Source of the DNA: Blastocladiella emersonii ATCC 22665
Taxonomy: Eukaryota > Fungi > Blastocladiomycota
Direction: 5' to 3'
Length of the DNA: 64,000 bases
NCBI GenBank assembly: GCA_025594325.1
Contig: JANHCV010000008.1
Span: forward strand, 620,001-684,000
Below the pieces are notes generated by a model, which was not told where the DNA came from, ran no database searches, and worked only from the letters and a program-made list of their open reading frames with translations. Within the stretch, counting starts at the first letter, position 1. Every line of letters begins with the position of its first letter. The translations under genes and the position numbers were made by a program. Shown here in pieces: positions 10,597 through 22,289 of the stretch.

Positions 10597-11200
10597 TCAG
10601 AGCCCGTCAATCACGGGCCCCAGTATTTGAACCAGCCGCTGCCGATCGGCCAGGACCAGCTTAAAGATCGCTTCCAGCACGCACCGGCCTGGGTAAACCG
10701 CGGCCGGGTACAGGAACCGTTCGCGGATGTGCGCGAGAGTGCGCTCGAAAGAAATGTCAAACCGACCGTTTGCCTCCCGCTTGAACTGCGGCCAATCAAC
10801 ACCAACAGCCCGCATGGCCACAACCACCACCTCAGCGAGCGCGTACGGATGAACGATTAGCGGACAGTTGTGGCGATCGTGGATGCGAAAAGCTGGAGGG
10901 CACAGGTCAGCGAACCTGTAACAGAAGCCGCAGCCAAGGCGCGCGGTGGTGGGGGACGGGCAGCGTGTACATGGCCGTTGGGGAAGGGGAACGCGACGCG
11001 AACCAGAGTTGCGCCGACGTGTGAAACGGTAACGGCCGGATCCCACGCATGCTTGAACAAGCTCTTCGGTTTCGGGCTTAGCGCGCTGTGCAGTCGCTTC
11101 GCGAAGCCCAGCTTAAACGTCACGACAGCGCAACAGCTGGCGATAGAATCATCCTCGGCAGGGCGAAATTCATCGCCAAAAGTGGTGCCGACATGTTTTT
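10597..11200 (-). pseudogene. Gag-like family copy E, 5' truncated and frameshifted
   Basis: FAKRLHSALSPKPKSLFKHAWDP (ORF 10857..11399) and CGFC-X13-H-X4-C...IVHPYALAEVVVVAMR (ORF 10597..11046) align with ORF B in two frames. Confidence 0.7.
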
Positions 11201-11209
11201 TGATGGTGT

Positions 11210-11837
11210 CAATATTTGCCACATCCGAATCACTGAGGTTGGCGCCGCTGCCCTTGCCAAGGCCACGGTCGAAAACGGAACCATTCGCAAGGTGGTGCTC
11301 GGTCCTTGCGATATCACGTTCCCAGTACTGCGCGCGCTGCGTCTGCCAAATGTCCCGGATCTCACAACGCTGGACCTGTCGAGGAACTGGATCGGACACG
11401 GTGCGGTCGCCCCAGCACGTAGCTTTTCGTCAACGGCAGCACACTTAACAGACAGTGACGATGACATACTCGACACCCCATGCTTTCCGCCCGGCCTCCG
11501 CGCGCTTGATCTCAGATCGTGCCACTTGCGCTTCCGCGAAATCGCGCAACTTGTGCACCGCTTTCCGCCTGGCCTCGCCATCTTGTGTCTCTCGAACCAT
11601 CCGCTTGCCGACGCGGGTGTTGCCGAGCTTGCACACCATCTTCCGGCCGCCCTTGAGGACTTGAACCTCGCTTATACCAGGATCACAGATACAGGCATCG
11701 CCGCTATCATGTTGCGACTTCCTCAACGCCTCACCAGTCTTGACTTGAGCGGAAATACGGTCACTGACGCGTCCTTGGACGTGATTTTCAACAACTTGCG
11801 GCCCAATCTCACGCAGCGCACGCAGCTCAAGACGTGA
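11210..11837 (+). pseudogene. Ribonuclease-inhibitor-like LRR protein fragment, 5' truncated
   Basis: LTTLDLSRNWIG, LRALDLRSCHL, LEDLNLAYTRITDTGI, LTSLDLSGNTVT. No N-terminal domain; abuts Gag-like copy E. Confidence 0.75.
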
Positions 11838-12333
11838 ATGACGAGAATGGGTGGTGACGGCAAAAACAAGGAGTTTGTCAGTGAGTTCCATCGCCGAGTT
11901 CCTGACGGGCTCAAACTGATCATGTGTCGCTGACAGGAACGACGTCAGTCAAATCGAGGGCTAAAGCCCTCTTTCTAGACCGGGTCGCTGCCGGATAGGG
12001 TGCCGACGCTCACGTGAGCGCGATCCACGTGAGCGACCCAAAAACGCGTGACAGACGCGTCGTTTCTCATGTGACTGCTGTGGCGCAACGCGTCCTGGCC
12101 TTGCACGTAATCGGCCTCGGCCCAACCCGCGGAAGCGCCGCGCGGCGCCAACCACTCAAGGGCGAGCGGAGCGCGTTGCACCGACTCGCGTGCTTCGCGA
12201 GCTTCTGAGTTCAAGAGGATCGGAGCGATGTGAACGTAGGAGAACGAAAAGTATATCTTTGTGTGGGAGGAAACAAGAGTCTGCGCGAGTCTGCGCGAGG
12301 GGAATGAACAGAGTCGGGGCGGGAGCGAGTGCA

Positions 12334-13143
12334 TCAGGTCGACGAGGACAGGCGGCCGCTGCGGCGCCGCTTGGGCTGCGCCTCATGCTCGTCGTTGACG
12401 ACGCACTCCTCGTGCTCCTCCTCGGCGGCCGCGGCGGCGGTCGCCGCCGTGCGCTTCGTCGCGTTGGCGGTAGACGTCGGGACACCGGCTTGGTCGTCAC
12501 CGATGGCGGGGGGCGTGCACGCCGCAAGCGCCGCGGTTGTCGGAGCCGCAGCTGCGGCCGCGTCCTCCATGTCGCACCCGACCGACACGGAGTTCGAGTC
12601 CGGCACCCCCACGACGATCTTGTCGATGCTGCCGATCGCGATGAACGAGTGAGTCCAAATGGGGTCCGCGCAGCTCGGGAAGCCGCCGTACTTCTTGGTG
12701 CCGGTGTTCTTGCCGCCGGCGTTCTTGGTGTTGGCGGGCGAGTTGATGGCGGGCGACACGACAGCGAGTGGCTGGATCGCGTGCTCCTGCGTCACGGGCG
12801 CCGCGGCGGGCGAGACGACGGCGGCCGAGATGTCGACGGGCTGCTGGATCGTGAGCTGCTGCGCCGCGGGTTCCGCGGCAATCGAGGCGGCGACCTGCTG
12901 CACACCGTGACCAGCGGCGCCAGATGCGACGCCGTTTGCCGTGGCGCGGGCGGCCTGGTGCGCGGCGAGGTTGTTGACAAAGTTCTCGCAGCCGTCGCGC
13001 ATGCACTCGTGGTACACCTCCGTAGCCTCGTTGAGCTCGGCCCGCATGCCCTTCATCGTGTGCGGCACGCCTGCCGAGGTGAAGGCCTCGTCGCCGGGGA
13101 AGCCCGGGTCGTCGTCGGATTCTGACGAGTCCGACGCGTTCAC
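12334..13143 (-). CDS. Unknown ORF inside Helitron copy R (identical to 3380..4189)
   Basis: Identical translation to the 3380..4189 ORF. Confidence 0.5.
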   Translation of the reverse strand: MNASDSSESDDDPGFPGDEAFTSAGVPHTMKGMRAELNEATEVYHECMRDGCENFVNNLAAHQAARATANGVASGAAGHGVQQVAASIAAEPAAQQLTIQQPVDISAAVVSPAAAPVTQEHAIQPLAVVSPAINSPANTKNAGGKNTGTKKYGGFPSCADPIWTHSFIAIGSIDKIVVGVPDSNSVSVGCDMEDAAAAAAPTTAALAACTPPAIGDDQAGVPTSTANATKRTAATAAAAAEEEHEECVVNDEHEAQPKRRRSGRLSSST

Positions 13144-15913
13144 GTCGCAGAGGAACCGCGGCCGCGGCGGTGCCGTCAGCGTTGCGCGAGCCGGACCCGT
13201 GCTTGGCGTCGTCGGTCAGTCGGAGAACGACATTGCTCTCGACCCGACTATCGTCAACTCGGACGTGGAGGGCATCCTGGCGGACAACGGCGAAACTGAG
13301 GCGAACCTCGAGCGCATCAAGAGCGTGACCTCTACGCTGATCCCTGGAATGGGCCACGGCATGATGGGCACCCTGCTCTTCCCCGACGTGCAGCCGTTCG
13401 GTGTCAACGCCGCGCATCCGCCGCCGTACCTCGAGACACCCATCTCGCCGACTGACGTCAAGAAGATCATGGCTCAACTATGCGCTGCCGCGGCTCAAGG
13501 TCATCCGACTGCGGATGTCGGCGCCGTACCTGTCGTTCCCGGGCCAGGGCAGCCGCCCATGATCGGTATTGTTCCCGCAGTGCCATCTGGAGCCTCGACA
13601 AACACATCTCAGCATGGTATCGACCCGTAAATGGCCGTCGACGTGCCCGAACCAGAACTCGGACCAGCCGTCGACGTTTGGCGCAGCGCCTTCACGACCA
13701 CGCCAACGGATCCTGACGCGCGCGCGCGGTTCCTCGTCACCAAGGCCGCGGACTCGATCAGCAACTTTGCCTGCGACACACGCGGCGACGAGTGGAGCGA
13801 CGAGAAGCAGCGCACTGTGCACACGCCCGCGTACGCGAGCCTCGCGCAGGTCTCGCTCAAGTTCAACCTCAACGAAGAGCAGCACCGCGCGTTCGTGCTC
13901 TTCCTCATGCCGCTCATCGACACTTTCATCGGCGGCAACGCGGGTATCGCAGACGCTGCGGCCTCGGCCGAGCAGAACGTGATCTTGTTGGGCCGCGACG
14001 ACGTCCAACATGTCGTCGGCACCGCGGCCCTCCCGCCCATGAGCAAGGACCGGACGCCGATCATCCTCACCGGCTCGGGCGGCACGGGCAAGTCGCGCGT
14101 CGTCGATGCGATCCGATACTTTCTCGCGTCCTGGAACCGGGAATAGTGCCTCATGGTCATGGCCATGACCGGGATCGCGGCCGCCAACATTGGCGGTACG
14201 ACCATCCACGCCGCGTTCTCTTTTTCGCTAAGGCCAAAAAAAAAAAACAGCCCGGACGTGGCCCGTTTGCGTACCGATCCTGCGGTTGTCATCGCGTGGA
14301 AAGGACGTCTCGGCGTCGTCATCGACGAGTTCTCCATGTGCGACGCGACTTTACTCGGCCGTATCGACGCGAACCTGCGCCTCCTGCGGCGGTGCGACGA
14401 ACCATTCGGCGGGTGCATCGTCATGCTCGCTGGCGATCATTTACAGCTGCCTCCCGTCAACGGAACTGCCCTGTACAAGGTGCCCGCCGTGCTCAACGAC
14501 GCGCCGGACTCGTTCTACCTGCGCATGACGTCAAATCAATTGACGGTCCCCGAGCACGTGGATCGAGGCCAGGTCGCGTACTGGCGCACTACACGCGCTG
14601 TTCGTCTCGTGAAGAGCAACCGATTTGTTGACGATCGACCATGGGGCAACGAAGTGGACGCGCTCCGCCTCGTCAAGGCGTCGGACACGCTGTGCGACCT
14701 GATCAACTTGCGTACGACCACTCAGCTTCAGCAGCAGGTCGACGAAAACGGCATCAACGTCCTCAAGGAGATCCTCAAGAAGCCCGGACTCACGGTTATC
14801 GCGCCCGACAACCACACGCGCCACGCCTTCAACCTGCTCGACACGCGGCTCGCAGCAGCAAACCCGAACCGCATCGTGTACCAGATCAAGGGCAGCATCA
14901 CGCGCCCGCGTGATAGGCGCCGCACGCGTGAACGCGTCGCCATCTGCGACAAGGACGTGTTCCGCCTCGGAGGAGAGCCAGAAACCACGACTGAACTGCC
15001 GGCCATCCTCGAGCTCTTTGTCGGAATGGAGATGCGCGTCAAGACCAACCAGTGCGTAGCAAAGGGGTGCGCGAACGGTGCGGTTGGCGTCGTGCACCAC
15101 ATCGACTGGAAGCCCGAAACCACGTTCACGCGAACCGCGTCCAACATGTACCGGCCATCCTGCGCTCCACTCAACGTGTGGATCGACCTGCCCGACGCTC
15201 CTCGTGGCCCTCGCTTCCCAGGCATGCCGGCCGCGTGGCCTGACACGGTCATCCCGCTTGCCGTGGAGAGGAAGGACTTCCTGTACATGGCGGGCGGTTC
15301 CACATCGCGAGAGCGGGTCGTCAGCACAACGGGGGATTCGCTCCCGCTCTGTGTCAACAACAACACCAAGACCAACAGGAGCAAGTATCCTAATCATGTC
15401 GTCGCGCACATCGAGAAGCACCCGATGGTGCCAGCCTTCGCCATGACGGTCCACGGGGTTCAAGGCGGGACCAAGAACGCCATCGCCCTGGTAGATCTGC
15501 GTCCCGCGGGCATGGAGCGTCTCATCAGCGGCGCTTCCCTGTACGTGGCGTTATCGCGGCTTCGTCGCTCAAAGTACCTGTGTGTGCTTCAGCCGATCCC
15601 AAGAGCCGTGCTCAAGTCCATGAAGCCGGATCCACTCGCAGTGGCCGAGGACAAGCGGCTCCAGATGCTCGACGAGCTGACCAAGACCGCTTTCGATCAA
15701 GGTACAGCCATCGCACCAGGCAACCCGCGCATCGCTAAACTCTTCGACGACGCGATTCTCTTCTCGCGCCAGCACGCGGCTGAAAAGCTAGTCGCCGAGC
15801 GCGCGTCTGATGCTCTCAACGCAAGGTTTCGGCGATTGGCCAAGAAACGTGCTGGAGGCGAGGAGGCTCACAGAACGCCAAGAAACAGAAAACACAGTAG
15901 AGTATTAACGTAG
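13143..15913 (+). pseudogene. PIF1-family helicase of Helitron copy R with in-frame TAA (13628) and TAG (14144)
   Basis: Same motifs as copy L. ...HGIDP*MAVDV... and ...WNRE*CLMVMAMTG... are in one frame. Confidence 0.88.
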
Positions 15914-16154
15914 TGTATTCCATCATCTAATCCATCGATAGCACGATTTCCATAGCTCGATCACCTAAATCTCCTGTGCGGGACGCACGCGACAGCACCT
16001 CCATCAGTCGTGCACCATACGTGGCGGGGGCTTTAGCCCTCGATTGACAACCAAACGCGAAGCGTTTAGGTGCCTCAAGTATAATTATGATCCATGATGT
16101 ACGTTCGGTCGAGGCACGATGGGGAGAGTCGACGTGTTCCGGCGCGCTCGACAC

Positions 16155-16268
16155 GAAGGCGCACCGGGGTGGCTGAGGCCCACGCGGTCCCCGCGTGACC
16201 GGATTTGCACGCGTTTTGCTCTGGATTCGCTTGCTCAGGATTTGCTTGCTAAACCCCGCAAACCCTCC
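16155..16268 (+). repeat. Orphan, transduced copy of the Harbinger left TIR
   Basis: Mirror of 255-368; matches 6471-6584 with 2 mismatches. Confidence 0.9.
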
Positions 16269-16369
16269 AATGCCTTGATGGGTTCGACGCGGCGCTCATT
16301 TTCTCGTGACGCGTCTGCCGCCGAACTTCGCTCTCCGCACCACATGCGACCACGCTCACCACCCTTGCC

Positions 16370-18094
16370 ATGAATACCTCGCGCACTCCATGCAACGAAC
16401 TCGCGCGAGCTATGCCATTGCCAACCGGGAGTCTCGGCGAAAACCTTGCACAATATTTGTCCACGCAGCAGCTGCCGGCCGACACCGCTGAGCTCCTGCT
16501 CGTCGTGCAGGCCGTGATCCGCAAGGGCATGGATCTGCGCGCGACGCACGTTGGCCTTTCGCTAGAGTTTCGGTCACAATGCAATTCGGACGAGTCCGCT
16601 AAATCCGTTCGCTCGCGTGCGACGGTGCTTGGGATCGCGATCGCAGACCTCATCAAGCTGTGCACCTCGATTGAGCATCACTGCCGCACACGCTCTCTTC
16701 TCGGTTCTCTGACCTCGCTCTCCAAGCTGTCACTTCCGCTTCCGTTCCTCGAGCAAGCACTAGCGGCAGCCCCCGGCCCCGAACCTGGCGTCACCCTCGC
16801 GGCACCCGAATCGTCGCACCGGCGATCGTATGACACACGCTACCAGAAGCTGATTCGCGAAGAAGGGCCGCTGCTTGGCTCCCGCGGCCAAGGCAAAGCT
16901 CGGTTCGTTCCCGACTCGCACGAATTTATTGAACGCTTGTGCGATCTTGTGCCCGACATCCCGCTTGGCCAAGCGCTCTACCTCTGCCGCTTCAATGTTC
17001 CCAAACCCGTCTACCACGTCCTAGCCGTTTTTCTACGCGAATCGGCGAACGACAGGGAGGCGCACCGCGTGTTCCTCAGGGCCGCCGACCCGTACTGGCA
17101 CAGCGACTGGGTCAGACGGCTTCACCGGCTCAAGCCGTGGCCGGGCAGTACCGTCGGGGAGTATTTTGCCGAGTTCCACGCGCTGCTTGCCGAGGCGATT
17201 GATATTGACGACCCCATGATCGGCTCGGAGCGGGCGATCAAGAACGTTTTCTTTGACAAGCTGTACACCGCGCTCGGGAGTTGCGCGGATCCGATCTTCG
17301 CCATGGCCAATGATCCGTCCGCGACGATGGCTGCTGCGGCCACCCGTTTCGCTTCCCTCGCGATTCCGCACTTGGCGACGCCAGTTCAGTCCCCGACCGC
17401 TCCCCATGCTTCGTTCATCAGCCCAAAAGGCAGCTGCGTGTTCTGCGCAGCACTCGAGCTTCATCGCCCCGAGGCCATCTCTCACACCGCTCGGGTGTGC
17501 AACAACATGCACCGCGCGAATCACTTTGGCATCATGCTCGCCGAGGGTTTGTTCCTGGCAAACGTCACGGCTCCACGCAATGTTTGGAGGGGAGCTTGCC
17601 CGACGCCCGACTTGATCCAGGCCTTGATGGACTTGCACCTCCAGGTCAGCGGTCGCGCACGCTCAATGCCCCCAGGTGACGGCCAAGTCAAGGTCATGCG
17701 CTGCGCCGAGCTAATTGGAGCGCTCTTTGCGCTCCTCACCAAGAATATCTCGTTCGAGCCTCCGATTTGGGCAGTCGACGCGGTGAAGAACATTTGGCAG
17801 GCCGCACATATCCTGTCCGTCAAGTCAAACATGAAAATCTGGCTCAGTTTGTTATGTTTCGCACATCGCGCCATAAATTTTGATTGCTCTCCCATCTCCC
17901 GCGTCCACAAACGGAAAACGCACGGCATCGCGCACAGATGTATTAAAACTTCGCACGGATGTATGAAAAACATGGGGGACAGCGTAGGGCAACAACGACA
18001 CTTCACAGGAGCTCCAAGAACGCAATCACCCGGATTGTCAACTTCCCGTCAACAAACGCTTTCGGGGGTGAGCAATTGTAAGCCCAACGGTTGA
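16370..18094 (+). CDS. Gag-like protein A with extended CCHC knuckle; the last ~90 aa may be run-through
   Basis: LHRLKPWPGSTVGEYFAEFHALL...SERAIKNVFFDKL resembles a Retrotrans_gag-like signature. Knuckle CVFC-X12-H-X4-C. Intronless; no pol downstream. Confidence 0.62.
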   Translation: MNTSRTPCNELARAMPLPTGSLGENLAQYLSTQQLPADTAELLLVVQAVIRKGMDLRATHVGLSLEFRSQCNSDESAKSVRSRATVLGIAIADLIKLCTSIEHHCRTRSLLGSLTSLSKLSLPLPFLEQALAAAPGPEPGVTLAAPESSHRRSYDTRYQKLIREEGPLLGSRGQGKARFVPDSHEFIERLCDLVPDIPLGQALYLCRFNVPKPVYHVLAVFLRESANDREAHRVFLRAADPYWHSDWVRRLHRLKPWPGSTVGEYFAEFHALLAEAIDIDDPMIGSERAIKNVFFDKLYTALGSCADPIFAMANDPSATMAAAATRFASLAIPHLATPVQSPTAPHASFISPKGSCVFCAALELHRPEAISHTARVCNNMHRANHFGIMLAEGLFLANVTAPRNVWRGACPTPDLIQALMDLHLQVSGRARSMPPGDGQVKVMRCAELIGALFALLTKNISFEPPIWAVDAVKNIWQAAHILSVKSNMKIWLSLLCFAHRAINFDCSPISRVHKRKTHGIAHRCIKTSHGCMKNMGDSVGQQRHFTGAPRTQSPGLSTSRQQTLSGVSNCKPNG

Positions 18095-19621
18095 AGTTTG
18101 CACGCGGGACGCACCACACCAGCCTGCTTGGGGCGATACGATGCGCGCCCGGTGAAAGTACGCATGGTAGGGAAACTCTGGGAAGGGCCAAATACGCAAA
18201 GAACCGCACCCGTTGCAACGATTTTTCGCGAGGATCGACATACGGTGCAGGTGCGCCCGCGTCGCAAAGCAGGCTAAATTGGTTGACAGAGCATGTCAGA
18301 AAGGTCACGGTCATCGCCACCAGTAATTTGGAGCGACGTACAGCGTGATCTCGAACTGATCGGGCTTCTCCTTGTCGCGCTTGGCGCAAACCCGACGAAA
18401 AACACCGCCAAAGAACACGGGATCTGTTACAGCCGACTCGGAATCCGTATCGGCCGTGAAGGAAAGCGTAATACGCGAGTTGTGTCGCCGCGAAACAGCG
18501 CTAGGATCGGCTACAAGCTGACCCTTCGACTGATCCAAGTCGCGTTCGCTTCCAAGCGGACTGTTCCATTGGATATAATCAAGCCCTGACGTCGGCGGTT
18601 GAGGATATCCAGGTTGAGGCAGTCGTTCATCCTCCTTCTTCGCCTTGAGCGTCGCGGCGCGAAGCAAGTGCGCGTCGAAAGCAGAAGCACGGACTCGCAA
18701 AAACGAAGTCGGGATCGTTTTGGGCGAACGCGCTGGAGAACACCCGGAACAGCTCGTCGTCGGACATGTTGGCAAATTTGACGGCGCGCAAAATATCCGA
18801 CGCGGGCACCTTGAGGTCGGCGAGAAATTCGAAGAACTGGAACTCCGAGGGAATCCAGAAAGTTGGCGAACAAACGATGCGAGAGACGAGCTTGGATTCA
18901 CACTGCGCCAGGATCGCGCGTGTGATAGGATGCGTGCCAAGAAATTCGAGATGCGCAATGGTGAGAGGAAGAAGCTCAGTGATAGGTTTAGGAAGCTCGC
19001 CCTCCGAGCAAAATGCCATCATGCGCGTGACAAGGGAGACGAAAGCCGGCGATGGCGGACCAGCAATGGCCGAGCAGTTGGCAACCTGGTCCATGTAGTA
19101 CTCGCGGCAAGCATTTATGAGAGGGGGGAGATCTAAATGCGGGAGCGCTGATTTAGCGATCGCTTCATACCGCACCAGAAGCAGGCGTACCGAAGAAGAG
19201 GGCCGCATCAAGGATATCCATGAGGTTGACGGTGGACATGCGCGCGGCCAGAACCTTGGTGCAGGCGCCGTACATGGCGGCGACGGCGGTTTCCCAGGCA
19301 TAAATAGCGCGTGGCTCGTTGTCGCTGTGCCCCGAATGCGTAAAATTGACTTGAATGACGCCACTGTCGCCGGTGTGATGCCAAACGTCACTGAGAAGCG
19401 CTCGGAGAAATGGGCTCTGGATAAGCATGGATAAGCATGGACCGATGCAAAGAATAGGACTTGCCGCGAAACAAGACGGTCACGTCCGACTCGTCGCCGC
19501 TCACGGCGAGGCGCTGCAAGTGACGAACGGCTGCTGGATACTTTACGGTGCATTTGCACTCGGTGGCGAGCGACTCGGCAAAACTCGGTAAAGCTTCATT
19601 CGTTGCATCAGGTTGGTCCAT
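18003..19621 (-). pseudogene. BTB/POZ protein (BTB + BACK-like + C-terminal MATH-like), copy A
   Basis: SDVTVLFRGKSYSLHRSML.QSPFL, AWETAVAAMY; conserved intron after LDAALFF; end DGKLTIRVIAFLELL* shared with 59047 and 61933. A 10-bp duplication (ATAAGCATGG x2, 19421-19440) and a second frameshift near 18700. Confidence 0.75.
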
Positions 19622-20038
19622 TTCTAGGAGTGTTGCTTCCACTGATACCAGGGGAGGACGAGCGGGCGAGATCGAGCACGGGAGAGCAAGCCAGCGAGCA
19701 AACTGTGTTCGGCTCACGTGGGCCGTCCGCGCCGCAACGTGATTTCTCGACACGTCCCACGCCGCGAGTCTCGCACCGAGCTTCCCGCGGTCGAACGCGA
19801 GCATGAGCACACGGCCAGGGCAACGCGAACAAGCCGACTCGATATCGGGCCGCCCGTCGGTCGGCCTTGCGAGGTTCCTCGCGTCGGCCCTACCTCTGAT
19901 CAGGCTGCCGCCAGCGAGACTTCCGTTCGAATCGTGCCAGACGCTCCTGCCCGCGCTCATGAACGCCAAGTAGCGCTCCGTCCTGCTCCGTCCCCAAAGT
20001 CCAGACGCAAAAATGCATTGATCAAAATTAGACCCCTC

Positions 20039-22079
20039 TCACCACCCAAACGCACACCCGTCCGCGCGCCCATCACTCGCGCCGACCCACCCGGTCTGCT
20101 TCCCCTGCGCGTCGCGCACGGGGCCGACCCACTGCCCGCGTCCAAACATCGCGCGCGCCGCGCCGTCCAGCGCACGCAGGTTATGCCCGCGCTCGCACAG
20201 GTCCGCGAAATCGGCGTCCGTGAACAGTCCCGCCTCCACATCGACGGGCGCGGGCTCTCCGTCCGCGCCCTGCTCGGGCTGGAGGCAGAACCGCGGCGCG
20301 TCAAGCGCGTCCTGCGGGTCGACGCGTCCGCCATTCTTGCGCGCCGCGAGGTACTGCAGGAGCACCTGCGCGTGGCCCTGCGGCTGCATGAACCCGCCCA
20401 TGACGCCGAACGCCGCGACGAGGTCGTTCCCACCCTCTTCCCCATCACCGCCCGTCGTGAGCATGCCTGGGATAATCGTGTGGTACGGCCGCTTGCCCGG
20501 CGCGACCGCGTTGACCCCATCCCCGCGCAAGTCGAACCCGCACCCGCGGTTCTGCAGGGTGAACCCGCCGCCGCGCGGGACCGCGCCGTGGCCGAACCCC
20601 ATGTAGTTGGAGTAGATGAACGAGCACGCGTTGCCGTCGGCGTCGCCCACCGAAAAGTACACGGTGCCCGAGGCGTGGCGCGGCGCGCCGTGCGGGATCG
20701 CCGTGGGCGACGCGAGTTCGCGCGCGCGACGCTGCAGGTGCGCGGGCGACAGCAGCTGCGCGACGATCTCGGCGCGCGGGGCGACCGACGGGTCGGCGAC
20801 GTGCGTCTGCGCGTCGGCGAAGGCCAGGCGCAGCGCGTTGATCAGGTGGTGCGCGGCGGATGCGGGCAGCGGCGAGTCCGAGGAGGAGGAGGCGGCGATC
20901 TGGTCCTCGATGCGCGTCGGGATGATGCCCAGCGCATGGGCTTGTTCGAGGATGCCCAGAGCGAGGATCGCGACGAGCCCTAGACGAAGCAGGCGAACGT
21001 GAGTCCAGGTTGTGCGAGCGAGCGTTTCAGGCGGAACGCACCCTGCCCGTTCGGCGCACACTCCCACAGCCGCACGCCGCCGTACTCGATCGAGATCGGG
21101 TTCTCGAACGTCGACGCGTGCTGCTTGAGGTCGTCGAGCGTCATGACGCCGCCGCACTGCTGCACGACGTCAACAATCGCCTCGGCAACCGGCCCCTCGT
21201 AGAACCCCGCCTTGCCGAGCTCGCCGATCCGGCGCAGCGTCGCCGCGAGGCCGCGCATGTACATGGTCTCGCCCTCACGCGGCGCGCGCGGCTTTCCCCC
21301 CTTCTCGTCATCCGCCAGCAGCACCTCGGCGCCGTTCGGCGACGCCGCAAGGAGGCGGTCGGCGGCCTTGGCCCACTGCCACGCGGAGAAGCGGGAGACG
21401 GGGAACCCGTTTTCGGCGAGGTCGATAGCGGGCGCCAGGAGGTCGGTGAGCGGGAACTTGCCGGTGCCGAACCGCTCGAGCGTGTCGATCCAGCCCGCGA
21501 CGGCGCCGGGGACCGTGATGCTGAGCGGCGAGGTCGCGGGGAGGCGCGCGCCGGCGTCCGGGTGGCGCGACTGTGCGAGAGACTGGGTCAGGGCGGCGGG
21601 CGAGCGGCCGCTGCCGTTTACGGCCTTGACCTACGCGGGAGGGTGGGTGGGTGGCGTGAGTGAAGGCGGCGGTGGTGCGGGGTTGGGCGAGTGCGCACGT
21701 ACAGTCCCGTCCTTGGCATTGTAGAACAGGCAGAACATGTCGCCGCCGATGCCGCACGAGCCGGGCTCTATCCATTGACGCACACACGTCAGCATCTTGT
21801 CAACGAGACGGCGTCCCAAGAACTCGCACCAGTAACGTTGAGCGCGGCAGCAACAGCGACCGCCGCCTCGGCCGCGTTGGCGCCGCGCTCGAGGAGTCGG
21901 ATGCCGGCGTGCACGGCGAGCGGCTGCGACGCGGCAACCATGTACTTGCGCGAGTGGAAGGCGGACCGGCGCGAGCGGTAGTGCACCGGGTCCTCGCGCG
22001 CCGAGATGTAAGGGGTCGTCTAGCGGGCCACTGGGTGAGCGTGGCTCGGCAGCGCTTCATGAAGTTCATTGGTTACCAT
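20039..22079 (-). CDS. Gamma-glutamyltranspeptidase family protein (multi-exon)
   Basis: [98 protein letters not shown]; GT-AG introns. Confidence 0.93.
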
Positions 22080-22289
22080 AGTGTGTGCAACGTCTATAGA
22101 GAGGTCGGGAGAGAGAGCAAGGCGATCCTTGCGAGGCCGCGGGTGTTGATCGGCGCGCGAGCGAGTGTGGCGTCGCGGCGCGCCCGGTTCGCGGCGTTTG
22201 TCAGCGCCGACCCTGGTTTTGCCGTGACCTCACCCATCGCATCACGCCGGCCATCATCGTCAAGTCAAGTGAGTGTATCCCTGCACCAA

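Larger units (their letters stand above)
11954..16079 (+). mobile_element. Helitron2/Helentron-type non-autonomous element, copy R (4126 bp)
   Basis: A|TCGAGGGCTAAAGCCC at 11954; inverted GGGCTTTAGCCCTCGA at 16028-16043; hairpin 16053-16067; ends CTCAAG|T at 16079. Confidence 0.82.
11953..16522 (+). repeat. Right arm of the inverted duplication: Helitron plus at least 443 bp of transduced flank
   Basis: Reverse complement of 1-4570. Continues past the Helitron terminator through a Harbinger TIR copy into the Gag-like ORF. Confidence 0.95.

Noticed and set aside
13628-14146. TAA/TAG reassigned to Gln (alternative genetic code)
   Set aside because: Long host ORFs (HECT 1005 aa, ILV3, F-box, LRR copy 2) have no in-frame TAR, and host genes appear to end in TAA (CHS) and TAG (CRAL-TRIO).
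14235-14247. Poly-A run in PIF1 as a programmed frameshift site
   Set aside because: The frame stays open (PKKKN) and helicase motifs continue in the same frame.
1-16522. Inverted repeat as a pure assembly fold-back
   Set aside because: A 7.4-kb unique spacer and a boundary exactly at a TE terminus argue for a real event; not fully excluded without reads.
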